64,000 nucleotides of DNA from an uncultured Anaerococcus sp. (lineage in GTDB: Bacteria > Bacillota > Clostridia > Tissierellales > Peptoniphilaceae), in assembly GCF_943908415.1 (NCBI RefSeq), contig NZ_CALTSY010000004.1, forward strand, positions 10,144 through 74,143, read 5' to 3'. A program made the translations under genes and the position numbers. This document shows, one piece after another, positions 48,885-59,892 of this stretch; position 1 is the first letter of the stretch, and each line of letters begins with the position of its first letter. Under the pieces are notes generated by a model. That model saw nothing but the letters and a program-made list of their open reading frames with translations, searched no databases and was not told the DNA's origin.

Positions 48885-49790
48885 ATGCTTGAATATTTAG
48901 AAAAACAAAATGTCGATGAGAAGCTAATAAAACAGCTTTGTGAATACAGAGAAAAAAACGGATTATCTGATAATCCTAGAATAGTAGAACCGGAATTTAA
49001 ATACTATGGGAAAGAGGTCTTAGAACAAGCTATATCAGCTATACTTGCTGGTAAAAATATACTGCTTACAGGAGCTAAGGCTACTGGTAAAAATGTTCTA
49101 TCATCCAACCTTTCCTATCTATTTGCTAGACCATCTTGGAATGTATCTTTCCATATAAATACTGATTTTAACTCCCTAATAGGAGCTGACACCTTTAAGG
49201 ATGGGGAAGTAGTCTTTAGAAAAGGACCTATATATGAAGCAGCTACTAATGGTGGTTTTGCAGTTTTAGATGAGATAAATATGGCAAAAAATGAAGCTAT
49301 ATCAGTTTTACACGCCACCCTTGATCATAGGAGAATTATAGACTTAGCAGGCTATGAAAAAATCAACCTAGATCCAAACACAAGATTTATAGCTACTATG
49401 AACTATGGCTATGTAGGTACACGTGAAGTAAACGAAGCCCTTGCATCAAGATTTATGATTATAAATATGCCAAATATTACTAGAGAAAATCTTGATAAAC
49501 TTTTAGATGATACTTTCCCAAATCTTAAGGAAAAATACAGGAAGGCATTTATAGATATGTTTATCTCCCTACAACTAAAAAGTGAGAATAACGAAATATC
49601 AACCAAGTCTGTAGACTTACGTGGACTAATTTCTGCAATTGATACTATGCAAGTTGGTCTTAGTCCATTTGAGGCTATAATGATGGGTATAGCAAATAAG
49701 TCATTTGATGAGTTTGAACGTCAAATAGTTATAGATACTATAAAGACAAAAGTACCTACTACTATAGAAGAGAGTATATTTGATGACTGA
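48885..49790 (+). CDS. MoxR-like AAA+ ATPase (CbbQ/NorQ/CobS-like) with a degenerate Walker A
   Basis: GAKATGKN replaces GxxxxGKT/S; Walker B FAVLDEIN; sensor ATMNY; Arg finger ASRF. The start was chosen at MLEYLEK, which has an AAGGAG RBS. Confidence 0.7.
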   Translation: MLEYLEKQNVDEKLIKQLCEYREKNGLSDNPRIVEPEFKYYGKEVLEQAISAILAGKNILLTGAKATGKNVLSSNLSYLFARPSWNVSFHINTDFNSLIGADTFKDGEVVFRKGPIYEAATNGGFAVLDEINMAKNEAISVLHATLDHRRIIDLAGYEKINLDPNTRFIATMNYGYVGTREVNEALASRFMIINMPNITRENLDKLLDDTFPNLKEKYRKAFIDMFISLQLKSENNEISTKSVDLRGLISAIDTMQVGLSPFEAIMMGIANKSFDEFERQIVIDTIKTKVPTTIEESIFDD

Positions 49791-51507
49791 TTCTCTAGAT
49801 AAGATTCGTGAATATAATATTATCTGGGATTTTGCTAATAATTATAAGTTTACGCCTAAAAAATCTTATCCTATGGATGAGATTTATAAAAATGTTATAA
49901 CAGGCTTTATATTTAAGACCTTTAATATTAAAATGCTTGATTCATTTTTTGCTTATCTTAAAGATAAAAATCCTTTTTTTGAAGATTTTAAGTATATCAC
50001 GAATTTACTAATAGAAGATATATCCTATAAGCAATTAGCAAAAGATAATCTAGTTGTAGCTGATCTTAGAAAAAACTATGCTAGAAAAAAAATAAAAAAA
50101 TACAATTATAGAGATCCTGATAATCTTAAGGAGCAGGTGGAAAAAGCCTATTACGGAAAGATTTTAGGCAAGCCCATAATGGAGGGCCCTGTATTTAAGT
50201 CAATCTATAACGCAATATTTGCTATAAATACAACCGATACAAATGTTTTAATTGATGAATTGAACAAAGTTTTTAAGACTTATTTTAGATTTGATAGGCT
50301 AGAAACAGATGAAGAACTCTTTGAAGAGATGGTAAAAGAAAATAAGCCTAAAGAGTTTAAGAACCAAGACGATATGCCTAGTGAATATACCGATGAAAGT
50401 ATAGATGAACAGTTTGGCATAGGTTCGGCTGAATTTACTGGATCAAATATTTACTTTGAAGATAAAAAAGAAGATTTAAATAAAAATCTTATCTTTCTAA
50501 ATTCTACAAAGGATGATTATCATTCTTCTAACGAATTTATAGAAGATTTTTTTGGCAAAGCAATTATGCCTTTAGAAAAAGTAGAAAATTTAGAAAAAAA
50601 TTTAGCAACGGGCATACACGATCATAAAAAACTTTACTTTACTAAGGGAGAATACAGCAATAAGCCTAATGCTAAATTCTATAAGAAAAATCGAAATGAA
50701 CAATTTGAAATAAATAAAAATTATATAGAGAATAATTTTGCCATTAACCATAGAAATATAAGTGAACTAAGCCTAGCTATTAAAAACTCTCTTGCAAACT
50801 ATGAAGACTATGCTGATACCACTAAAAACTATGGAGTTATAGATTCTAGCAAGGTTTGGAGGGCACCTATAATTCATGATTATGATGTATTTACCAAAGA
50901 AGAAACAGATGAAATCAATAAATTTAAAGTGGATCTCATATTAGATGCATCCGCAAGCCAAATTGGTAGACAGCATATAGTAGCTAACCAAGCTTATATA
51001 ATAGCAAAGGCTATGGATGAGGTGAATATTCCTATTAGGATTATGGGATTTTCTACCTTAAGAGACCACACAGTCTTTACTCTTTATAGGGATTATAAGG
51101 AAAAAAATAAAAATCTTGAGCTGTATAATTTTTTTGCCTCAGGATCAAATAGAGATGGCTTTGCCTTTAAGACCATCCATGAACTTATAGATACTGAGGA
51201 GAATACTAGACATATAGCTATAGTATTATCTGATGGTAAGCCAAATGATGAACGTCCAAATATTAATACTACCAAATTACAAAATAAAGACCAATACATA
51301 GGTCAAATCGCTATAGACGATACAGCCTTTGAGATAAGGAATTTAAAAAACGATAATATTTCCGTTCTGGGTGTCTTCACAGGTGAAGATGAAGATGTAG
51401 AAAATGCCAAATTAATATATAATAAGGACTTTGTGAGAATTACAAATTTAGAAAACTTCTCAAAAATAGTTTCAATTTTTATGAAAAATCAAATACTTAT
51501 GCAATAA
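49783..51507 (+). CDS. VWA domain protein (CbbO/NorD/CobT-like partner of the MoxR ATPase)
   Basis: C-terminal VWA with MIDAS DASAS, ...LSDGKPND. The N-terminal ~370 aa are K/N/E/D-rich and low-complexity. The ATG overlaps the AAA stop (ATGACTGA). Confidence 0.7.
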   Translation: MTDSLDKIREYNIIWDFANNYKFTPKKSYPMDEIYKNVITGFIFKTFNIKMLDSFFAYLKDKNPFFEDFKYITNLLIEDISYKQLAKDNLVVADLRKNYARKKIKKYNYRDPDNLKEQVEKAYYGKILGKPIMEGPVFKSIYNAIFAINTTDTNVLIDELNKVFKTYFRFDRLETDEELFEEMVKENKPKEFKNQDDMPSEYTDESIDEQFGIGSAEFTGSNIYFEDKKEDLNKNLIFLNSTKDDYHSSNEFIEDFFGKAIMPLEKVENLEKNLATGIHDHKKLYFTKGEYSNKPNAKFYKKNRNEQFEINKNYIENNFAINHRNISELSLAIKNSLANYEDYADTTKNYGVIDSSKVWRAPIIHDYDVFTKEETDEINKFKVDLILDASASQIGRQHIVANQAYIIAKAMDEVNIPIRIMGFSTLRDHTVFTLYRDYKEKNKNLELYNFFASGSNRDGFAFKTIHELIDTEENTRHIAIVLSDGKPNDERPNINTTKLQNKDQYIGQIAIDDTAFEIRNLKNDNISVLGVFTGEDEDVENAKLIYNKDFVRITNLENFSKIVSIFMKNQILMQ

Positions 51508-51613
51508 AGACTGTTTGAAATAATAAAACAAAAAATATCCTTAGATTAATAATTTAGTTTGTAGGCAAAATATCTACAATAATAAAATCTAATCTAAGGA
51601 TAATGAATGTTCA

Positions 51614-53272
51614 TTATTCAACAGTCTCTTTTTCTTCTACTTTTCTATTTTGTTTTTCTCTATTTATTTGATCTATAGTTTTAACATTGATATTTCCAGC
51701 ATTTAAATGCTTTTGAGCTTTTCTTTTCTTTAATATCTTATGATAAAATTGATTTACAAGTTCCATCACTTCTGGAATTCTAGCAACAAGAATCAAGAAT
51801 CCATAAACTATAGCCGCTATTAAAATTGATATTAAAATCGCAAGTACATGAGGCATTTTATCAGCTGTAAGCTTATACATACCACTTGCTACAAGCCCCA
51901 TAATAGCTGTAACTATAGATATCTTAATAATAGATAATAAAGATGTCTTAAAACTAAATGACCCAAAATTATCTCTAAACTTATAAATCATCAAAGCTGA
52001 TCCTACAATTGTAGAAACCACTGTAGCCATAGCCAAACCATTTATCCCAAAAAATCTAATTAATATTATATTAAATAATACATTGAATACTTGTTGAATC
52101 ACAACTATGATTACTGGAGTTTTTGAGTCTCCAACAGCATAGAATCCACGATCTATAACATCTGATATAGATTGGAAGATAACAAATGGTGAATAGGAAA
52201 CAAGTAAGCTTGCAACAGCTACAGTGTCTTCTGGAGTAAATGCATTTCTTTGAAATACAAGTTCTATTATTGGATTGGCTAAGACAGCCATACCTATTGT
52301 AGCTGGAACAACTAATAAAAGTGTAGTTACTACAGAAGAGCTTATTGATTTTTTCATAGCATTTATCTTACCAGACTGACCTAATTCAGCTATTTTTGGG
52401 AAAAGTGCTGTAGTTACTGAAACAGTTATTACTCCCGTAATCAAAGTAAGCATAGTCTTAGCATAAAAGAGCTTGGCTATAGATGCCTTACCAAAAAATG
52501 CAGATGCCATTGAATTATCAACTATAATTGAAATCTCTCCTGCTGCTGAAGATACGACTACTGGTATAGCTATGACCATCAATTGTCTTACATATTTGTT
52601 TGAAAAATCTATTACTCTTTCATGCTTATATCCCTTATCGCGGGTAGCCTTTGGAAAAAGTATATATTGAATAATATTACCTAACAAGGCTCCTATTATA
52701 AGTAGATAAGCATTTCCAGTCTTTCCTGTAAGTACTGTAAATATTATAATGATAATGTTCATTATAATTCCAGTTATAGCAGGATTAAAAAAGTCTCCTT
52801 TAATATTTAAGTATCCACGAAAAACAGCTGAATACAAGTAAGCATATACTGCAAACATCATTATTCTAGTATAATTTGCTGCTAAGTTTAAAGACTCTCC
52901 ATCCAAGTCTGGAGAAAGAATTTTAGAAAATGGTTTTGCAAAAATCAGCCCTATTACTACAGCAACTGTTGCAAAAACCATAAGTATGTTGAAGATATTG
53001 GATGTAAACTTTTCAGCTGATTCCAAACCTTCTTCGTTTTTTGCCCTATTATATATCGGTATGAATCCAGAAATAATACCTACTGCAAAAAAGTTAGCTA
53101 CTACTACTGGAAGGGTATTTGCTGTGGTGTATATAGATTTTAAATCACCAGCCCCAATATATGATGCCATAACAGCTTCTCTAATAAATCCAAAGACTTT
53201 TGAGATAATTGTTATAAACATGAGCATTAATGTCGTTTGACCCATAATAACCTCTCTTATTGATATCGTCAT
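51614..53272 (-). CDS. murJ: lipid II flippase MurJ
   Basis: MOP-superfamily 14-TM protein. The N-terminus KVFGFIREAVMASYIGAGDLKS matches the MurJ signature. The start is uncertain among three in-frame Met codons. Confidence 0.75.
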   Translation of the reverse strand: MTISIREVIMGQTTLMLMFITIISKVFGFIREAVMASYIGAGDLKSIYTTANTLPVVVANFFAVGIISGFIPIYNRAKNEEGLESAEKFTSNIFNILMVFATVAVVIGLIFAKPFSKILSPDLDGESLNLAANYTRIMMFAVYAYLYSAVFRGYLNIKGDFFNPAITGIIMNIIIIIFTVLTGKTGNAYLLIIGALLGNIIQYILFPKATRDKGYKHERVIDFSNKYVRQLMVIAIPVVVSSAAGEISIIVDNSMASAFFGKASIAKLFYAKTMLTLITGVITVSVTTALFPKIAELGQSGKINAMKKSISSSVVTTLLLVVPATIGMAVLANPIIELVFQRNAFTPEDTVAVASLLVSYSPFVIFQSISDVIDRGFYAVGDSKTPVIIVVIQQVFNVLFNIILIRFFGINGLAMATVVSTIVGSALMIYKFRDNFGSFSFKTSLLSIIKISIVTAIMGLVASGMYKLTADKMPHVLAILISILIAAIVYGFLILVARIPEVMELVNQFYHKILKKRKAQKHLNAGNINVKTIDQINREKQNRKVEEKETVE

Positions 53273-53353
53273 TATATTATATCTATAAATTTTATTAAAT
53301 ACAAGCCTATTTATTTTCAAAAAAAGAAGCCCTTAAGGCTCCTTTATAATTTA

Positions 53354-54886
53354 TTATTCGTTGATTTTTAATTTTTCATCATCTGGCTTATCTTGGTCTG
53401 GGATATTTGTGTTTTCAGCAGGTGATTTGAATATTGATTCTTTGGCAAATGCCTTTACAGCCTTACCTGTTTTATTATCTGCCACTACTGTACCAGGGCC
53501 ACCTACACAGCCTCCATCGCATGCCATACCTTCTATAAGCTTACCATCCATTTTGCCAAGTTTTGCAAGCTGAGCAAGTTTTACACAGTTAGCAAGGCCT
53601 TCTGCATTTTCTACATCAACATTTACACCTTCTTGTATCTCTTGTGCACGTTTTACTACAGCTTGAGCAACTCCACCACTTACAGCGTATCCTCTTCCAG
53701 TTTCTGATGCATCCATCATCTTATCTTCTACTTCAATTTCAGATGGCTCAATTCCTTTAGCAAGGAACATTCCTAGTAATTCTTCATAAGTGATTACGAA
53801 GTCTATTACTTCTGCAACCTCAGGTTCAAGAGCTTCTAGTTTCTTAGAAATACATGGTCCTATAAAGGTAACTTCACTATTAGGATCTTTTTTCTTAAGC
53901 TGAAGTCCTGTGTAAATCATAGGTGTTGATGATTCTGAGATATAATCATTGATTTCTGGGAATTGATTTCTAACCATCATCTTCCATGAGAAACAACAGC
54001 TTGTTCCCATAAATGGAATTTTGCCTGTTGGGACTTCTTCTAAGTACTCATGAGCTTCATTCATTGTTGTAAGATCTGCACCAAGGCCTACTTCTATGAC
54101 CTCATCAAATCCCAATTGTTTTATAGCTTCTCTAATTTGTTCAGCTGATACATTTGGTCCAAATTGTCCTACAAATGATGGAGCAAGTATAGCATATGTA
54201 TGCTTTTCAGATTGGATAGCCTTAATCAATTGATAAATTTCTGATTTATCTGAGATAGCTCCAAATGGGCAAGTACTTATACATCTACCGCAAGCTACGC
54301 ATTTTTCAGGATCTATTTGGGCCCTACCTAGCTCATCAGAATGAATAGCCTTAACACCACAGCTAGCTGCACATGGACGTTTTTGATGGTTTATAGCACT
54401 ATATGGACATGCGTCTACACACTTACCACACTTAATGCACTTTTCTTGATCTATGATAGCACCCTTTGCTGTATAGGTAACTGCATTTTTTGGACAAACA
54501 TTTACACATGGATGGCCAATACATGCCTTACATTGGTCTGTAACTGTTACTTTGTTTTCAGGGCAAGCTTCGCAAGCTATCTTTATTACACTAACTAAAG
54601 GCGGATTATATATCCTCTTATTTACATCCATTTGATCAAGACCTTCAGTAACAGCATCTGTCTTATCAGCAGTTCTTGCATCAAGACCTATACCCATCCT
54701 AAGTCTCTCACCCATTACCGCTCTTTCACGGAATATATTTTCTCTATATCTCGCTTCCTCTCCAGGAACTATATCATAAACCTCTAAAGCTATATCTGTA
54801 ATAGGTCTATTTTCATAAGCGATCTTTGCTATATGCTCGAAGGCCAGCCTTCGTATATTTAATATGTCTATGTATGTATCTTTCAT
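53354..54886 (-). CDS. [FeFe]-hydrogenase family protein (monomeric, multiple N-terminal Fe-S domains)
   Basis: H-cluster motifs L1 TSCCFSW, L2 GPCISKKLE and L3 [14 protein letters not shown], plus four or more CxxCxxCxxxCP ferredoxin motifs. Confidence 0.75.
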   Translation of the reverse strand: MKDTYIDILNIRRLAFEHIAKIAYENRPITDIALEVYDIVPGEEARYRENIFRERAVMGERLRMGIGLDARTADKTDAVTEGLDQMDVNKRIYNPPLVSVIKIACEACPENKVTVTDQCKACIGHPCVNVCPKNAVTYTAKGAIIDQEKCIKCGKCVDACPYSAINHQKRPCAASCGVKAIHSDELGRAQIDPEKCVACGRCISTCPFGAISDKSEIYQLIKAIQSEKHTYAILAPSFVGQFGPNVSAEQIREAIKQLGFDEVIEVGLGADLTTMNEAHEYLEEVPTGKIPFMGTSCCFSWKMMVRNQFPEINDYISESSTPMIYTGLQLKKKDPNSEVTFIGPCISKKLEALEPEVAEVIDFVITYEELLGMFLAKGIEPSEIEVEDKMMDASETGRGYAVSGGVAQAVVKRAQEIQEGVNVDVENAEGLANCVKLAQLAKLGKMDGKLIEGMACDGGCVGGPGTVVADNKTGKAVKAFAKESIFKSPAENTNIPDQDKPDDEKLKINE

Positions 54887-55176
54887 TATATGTCCTCATC
54901 TTCTGGAGTAGATTCGTTGAATATATGTTCCATTATAACTTCTGGCTTGGCTTTTTTATAATATGTATCGTCTATTTTTGCCAACGGAGCAGATTTTTCT
55001 GAATCATCTACTTCATTCATTATATTCGCATATTCTACTTCTATTTCCGGTACATCTCCTAGGTTTTCTAGTTGATAAGCAATTTCTAAGTCTTTCTTAA
55101 CTATTTGAGCTGAGTCATATAAAAACTCATTACCTGCAGCTGTGCATCTTGCACAAGAACAAATTGTAACTTTCAT
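54886..55176 (-). CDS. small Cys-containing protein co-transcribed with the hydrogenase
   Basis: 96 aa with N-terminal ICSCARCT and an acidic C-terminus. Its stop overlaps the hydrogenase start. Confidence 0.4.
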   Translation of the reverse strand: MKVTICSCARCTAAGNEFLYDSAQIVKKDLEIAYQLENLGDVPEIEVEYANIMNEVDDSEKSAPLAKIDDTYYKKAKPEVIMEHIFNESTPEDEDI

Positions 55177-55252
55177 ATAATCCTCCTATGGTTTATACTA
55201 AGATTGTATCAAATAAATAGATTATAAGCAATGATAAATCTTTATCATTGTT

Positions 55253-56893
55253 CTATAGAGCCTTATCATTTACATTAATTGGTATTTCTATAATGAATTT
55301 GCTCCCACAAGCAAGCTTAGACTCTAGCCTTATAGAATATCCTAAATAATTTATAATATGTTTAACTATAGCTAGCCCAAGTCCTGTAGATTTTTGATTT
55401 CTCTTTCTGGATTTATCTACAACATAAAATCTCTCAAAAATTCTATCACTATCTGCCTTAGAGATACCTATGCCAGTATCTGATATTACTAGATAATAAT
55501 TATCTTTACTTATATTAAAATCAATACTTATTGATCCGCCTACTTTGTTATACTTAATTGCATTTTCGTAAATATTTGTAATCAAATCATAAAATAGAGA
55601 TTTGCTAGTTTTAATCTTATATGATTTGATATTATTACTAACATCTATCTTTTTGGAATCTGTAATTCTTTGAAAATTTTCTATTATAGACTCTACCACT
55701 TCGTAAATATCAACATATATAAAGTCTTTTTCAAATTCTTTCTCATCAATTTTAGAAATTTTTATTATATCATCTATCATTTCTAAAAGTCTATTACCTT
55801 CTTTATAGATGATATTTGCAAACTTTTTTATATCATTTTCTTTGGCAATTCCTGTTGCAATTAGCTCAGCATATCCATTTATAGAAGTCAAAGGACTCTT
55901 TAGCTCATGGGTTACATTTGCAGAAAATTCTCTGCGCATTTGTTCAGATTTTTTTTCTTCAGTATTATCTATAATAATCATAGCGCAGCTTTTTTTTCTA
56001 TTATCAGCTAAGGGCTCTATGATTATTCTTAAGTCATATCCATTAAGTTTTAAATCAAGTCTTTTGCTTCTCTTTAACATAAAAGACTCTCTTAAAGCTA
56101 AGCTATACTCCCTAGCATCTATAATATCTATTATGTTTGTACTACCTGGTGAATCCAGATAGTTTTTCGCTGATTCATTCATGAGTCTGGCATTACCCTT
56201 ACTATCAAATAATATAAATCCTTCTTTCATATTAGAAGTTATAGATCTTATATCAGATAATCTAGATTTTAATAAATTAGCTCTTTGCCTATAATAAGTT
56301 ATCTCTTTTTCATACTTATCAAATATAGGTATTAATTCATCATAAGCCAGATTTCTTTTTACACTATCTAAACTATTATCCTTTAGATAAGATATATATT
56401 TATTAACTTCAGTTCTAGTAATTCTTTCAATAATAGCTTTACTTATAAGAGTTAACAGTAGAAATAAAGAAAGAAGCCACCAATTTATAAGACTAATATA
56501 GGCCCTAATAGCTATAGTATTATCAGCTTTTATCAGATATGTTTTTTCTACTTTTAATAAATTTTTATAAGATGATAGAATAAAAAAATCATTACTATCA
56601 TATACTATATCTTTCAAACTACTGCTATTAATGCTTTTTGGATTATATAAAACTTTTCCAGTATCATCTAAAAAAATAAGGGAAAAAGCTGGGTTTTCAT
56701 TCTCGATTTTTTCTAAAAGATTTATAGACTCTTCATTATCTTCATGATATAAAAGCAAGCCCAAAGTATTTTTTGCTAAATCACTTTGAGCTTGCTTTTT
56801 AATCATATATGAAAATGAATTAGCTATTAGAAAAGTTATAGCTAATAAAATATATGCCATTCTTTTCATATGAAGACTTACTAAATTTTTCAT
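55253..56893 (-). CDS. phoR: sensor histidine kinase (PhoR-like)
   Basis: Two TMs, a HisKA H-box HELKSPLTSINGY and a HATPase_c domain. Sits in the pst/phoU context. Confidence 0.8.
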   Translation of the reverse strand: MKNLVSLHMKRMAYILLAITFLIANSFSYMIKKQAQSDLAKNTLGLLLYHEDNEESINLLEKIENENPAFSLIFLDDTGKVLYNPKSINSSSLKDIVYDSNDFFILSSYKNLLKVEKTYLIKADNTIAIRAYISLINWWLLSLFLLLTLISKAIIERITRTEVNKYISYLKDNSLDSVKRNLAYDELIPIFDKYEKEITYYRQRANLLKSRLSDIRSITSNMKEGFILFDSKGNARLMNESAKNYLDSPGSTNIIDIIDAREYSLALRESFMLKRSKRLDLKLNGYDLRIIIEPLADNRKKSCAMIIIDNTEEKKSEQMRREFSANVTHELKSPLTSINGYAELIATGIAKENDIKKFANIIYKEGNRLLEMIDDIIKISKIDEKEFEKDFIYVDIYEVVESIIENFQRITDSKKIDVSNNIKSYKIKTSKSLFYDLITNIYENAIKYNKVGGSISIDFNISKDNYYLVISDTGIGISKADSDRIFERFYVVDKSRKRNQKSTGLGLAIVKHIINYLGYSIRLESKLACGSKFIIEIPINVNDKAL

Positions 56894-57549
56894 ATTTCAC
56901 CAAATTTATATCCTAAGTTCCTTACAGTTTTTATATACTTACCTGCTCCTAAAAGCTTATTTCTAAGTGAAGCTATATGTACATCTACTGTACGTGTTTC
57001 ACCTTCATAGTCATAACCCCAAATTTTAACGAGAAAATCTTCTCTAGTTATTACATTAGAAATATTATTCATAAATAACAAAAGCATTTCAAATTCTTTA
57101 TAGGTCAAATCAATAGCTTTTCCGTCAACTTTAACAGTTCTTTTTTTAGTATTAATTGTAATATTATCATAATTAATATGGTCACTATCTATTTTACTAG
57201 AACGCCTTAAAACTGCTTTTACCCTAGAAATTAGTTCGAGAATTGAAAATGGCTTAGTTATATAATCATCTGCTCCCAGTTCTAAACCAAGTACCTTATC
57301 ATACTCTTCGCTTCTTGCTGTAAGTAAAATAGTAGGTATATCCGAAAACTCTCTAATTTCTTTAAGGATTTCAAGACCATCTTTTTCTGGAAGCATTATA
57401 TCTAAAATAAGCAACTGCCCGCCCTTTTGTTTAATGAGCTCTACAATATTTAATCCATCTTCAAAAGTTTCTACTTCATAAGCTTTTTCAGTTAAAGCAT
57501 AAGTAACTAGATTTCTAATAGACTTATCATCTTCAACTACATAAATCAT
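56890..57549 (-). CDS. phoP: OmpR/PhoB-family response regulator
   Basis: Receiver domain plus winged HTH. The start MIYVVEDD follows the phoU stop immediately, with a GAGG RBS. Confidence 0.8.
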   Translation of the reverse strand: MIYVVEDDKSIRNLVTYALTEKAYEVETFEDGLNIVELIKQKGGQLLILDIMLPEKDGLEILKEIREFSDIPTILLTARSEEYDKVLGLELGADDYITKPFSILELISRVKAVLRRSSKIDSDHINYDNITINTKKRTVKVDGKAIDLTYKEFEMLLLFMNNISNVITREDFLVKIWGYDYEGETRTVDVHIASLRNKLLGAGKYIKTVRNLGYKFGEI

Positions 57550-57550
57550 A

Positions 57551-58168
57551 TTATAACCTCGTTGCCAAATCTCCAACTCTTGCTAATCTATCTCCAAGTC
57601 TTTCAAAATACTTATATAACAAAACTTTTTCAGATAGTTCCATAGCACCGATTTCGTTTTTCTTATTTTGATCTGCTAAATATGTTATGGCTTCTTCAAA
57701 TAGTTTATTATTTAATTCATCATCCTCTATGGCCTTTAAAGCTAGGTCATTATCATTATTTACAAAGCTTGAGATACTTTCCTTGGCCATCTGTTTTTGA
57801 TTATTTATAAATCTTTTTATGAACTCGCCTTCCTTATCTGATAGTTGATATTCAATCATTATCATAGACGATTGGGCTAAATGATTTGATATTCTCTTAT
57901 AGGTACTAGCTAATTTTATACTCATTTGTAGGAATCTTAAATCTCTAGCTACTGGTTGTTGTAAGGCTAATATCTCAAAGCAAAACTTTTCTACATAGGC
58001 AGCTTGTCTTCTAACATCATCATTTAGTTCTATTATATCTTCTAGGTTTTCTTTATCTTTATTTTCTAAAAACAAATCTATCTTATCATAACATAGGATA
58101 ACAAGTTGCATTAACTCATTACTCATTTTTCCCACTGATTTTAGATCTTGTCTATACCTGGTCCTCAT
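57551..58168 (-). CDS. phoU: phosphate signalling complex protein PhoU
   Basis: 205 aa with two PhoU repeats. Confidence 0.85.
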   Translation of the reverse strand: MRTRYRQDLKSVGKMSNELMQLVILCYDKIDLFLENKDKENLEDIIELNDDVRRQAAYVEKFCFEILALQQPVARDLRFLQMSIKLASTYKRISNHLAQSSMIMIEYQLSDKEGEFIKRFINNQKQMAKESISSFVNNDNDLALKAIEDDELNNKLFEEAITYLADQNKKNEIGAMELSEKVLLYKYFERLGDRLARVGDLATRL

Positions 58169-58170
58169 CC

Positions 58171-59052
58171 TTAACCGAACCTTCCTGTAATGTAATCTTC
58201 TGTTCTCTTATCCTTAGGGTCTTCAAAGATTACTTTTGTATCATCCATTTCTATAACTTCTCCAGTAAGGAAGAATGCTGTTTGATCTGAAATACGAGCA
58301 GCTTGTTGCATATTATGGGTTACGATTACTATCGTATATTGCTCTTTTAAATCTTCCATAAGTTCTTCTATAGAAGATGTTGAGATAGGGTCAAGAGCTG
58401 ATGTAGGCTCATCCATTAGGATTATATCTGGCTTAACAGATAAGGTCCTAGCTATACAAATTCTTTGCTGTTGGCCACCAGAAAAAGATAGGGCATTCTT
58501 ATCAAGCTTATCCTTTACTTCATCCCAGATAGCAGCCTGTTTTAAGGAAGTTTCTACAATTTCATCTAGCTTATCCTTATCTTTAATGCCACCTATTTTT
58601 GGTCCATATGTTAGATTATCGTAAACAGACTTTGAAAATGGATTGGGAGTTTGAAATACCATTCCTACCCTACGACGTAAATTAACAACATCTATATCAT
58701 CTTTATATATATCTCTACCATTAATCTCAATAAGTCCATCAATTTTACATGAGTCTATAAGGTCATTCATCCTATTAAAACATTTTAATGTGGTTGACTT
58801 ACCACAACCAGATGGTCCTATAAAGGCTGTAACTTGTCCCTTTTTTATATCCATATTTATGCCTTTAAGGGCTTGAAAATCTCCATAATATAAGTCAAGC
58901 TCTTTTACAAGAATAGCTGTTTCTAAATCAGAAAATCTATTCCTATCCTCTAAAGTATGAACAGCTTTATTGCTAGCTCTATCCTCATAAGAGATACTAT
59001 AATCTCTTGTATGTGACTTTTTATTATTAGTCTCAAATGTTCTTTTGTCCAT
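58171..59052 (-). CDS. pstB: phosphate ABC transporter ATP-binding protein
   Basis: Walker [10 protein letters not shown]. PstB-like. Confidence 0.9.
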   Translation of the reverse strand: MDKRTFETNNKKSHTRDYSISYEDRASNKAVHTLEDRNRFSDLETAILVKELDLYYGDFQALKGINMDIKKGQVTAFIGPSGCGKSTTLKCFNRMNDLIDSCKIDGLIEINGRDIYKDDIDVVNLRRRVGMVFQTPNPFSKSVYDNLTYGPKIGGIKDKDKLDEIVETSLKQAAIWDEVKDKLDKNALSFSGGQQQRICIARTLSVKPDIILMDEPTSALDPISTSSIEELMEDLKEQYTIVIVTHNMQQAARISDQTAFFLTGEVIEMDDTKVIFEDPKDKRTEDYITGRFG

Positions 59053-59062
59053 TTATTACTCC

Positions 59063-59875
59063 TTAATTTACTAATCGTTTTGTAATCCTAGATGATATCC
59101 AGTTGATTATAATTACAAAAACTAGTAGTAGGACTGCTGTTGCATAAGCTTCATTGACATGAAAGCCCTCTGATGAAAGCATATACATGTGTACAGCAAG
59201 TGTTCTCACCGAGTTTGATATGCCCTTTGGCATAGCTGGCTGTGTACCCATTGTATAAATTAAAGCTGCTGACTCTCCTACTATCCTACCCGTTGCAAGA
59301 AAAATTCCACCTAGTATCCCATCCATTGCCTCTGGTATTACTATCTTAAAAATTGTTTGAATTTTTGTAGCACCAAGAGCTAATGAAGCGTGAGCTTGGA
59401 GTGGATTAACCGTGAGTATGGCTTCTTCGGTAGTCCTTATTATTGTAGGTAAGATCATTATAGCTACAGTTAAGCATCCTGCTATCAATGAATACCCCAT
59501 TCCAAGTCCATAATCTGCTTTGCTAACAAAAAATAAGTATCCAAATAAACCATAAACAATAGATGGAATTGATGATAGTATTTCTGTAGCAAATCTAACT
59601 ATTTTGATAAATGTTTTATTTTTAGCATAATTAGATAGATAAATAGCAGTAAAGATTCCTATGGGCAAAGTTATAAGTAGAGTCAACAATATTGTAAATA
59701 ATGTTGATATTAAAGCTGGCATTATAGATACATTAGTCGAATTGTAATTCCACTCAAAAAGTGAGGGACTGATATTTGGTATTCCTTTTATTAATATATA
59801 AGCAATTATTACACCACTAGCTGCATAAGCTAGAAATGTAAAAAGCATCACAAAAAATTTATATGGTTTTGTCAT
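59063..59875 (-). CDS. pstA: phosphate ABC transporter permease PstA
   Basis: 270 aa with an EAA-like loop. Confidence 0.85.
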   Translation of the reverse strand: MTKPYKFFVMLFTFLAYAASGVIIAYILIKGIPNISPSLFEWNYNSTNVSIMPALISTLFTILLTLLITLPIGIFTAIYLSNYAKNKTFIKIVRFATEILSSIPSIVYGLFGYLFFVSKADYGLGMGYSLIAGCLTVAIMILPTIIRTTEEAILTVNPLQAHASLALGATKIQTIFKIVIPEAMDGILGGIFLATGRIVGESAALIYTMGTQPAMPKGISNSVRTLAVHMYMLSSEGFHVNEAYATAVLLLVFVIIINWISSRITKRLVN

Positions 59876-59892
59876 TTTTACTCCTTAGCTTA

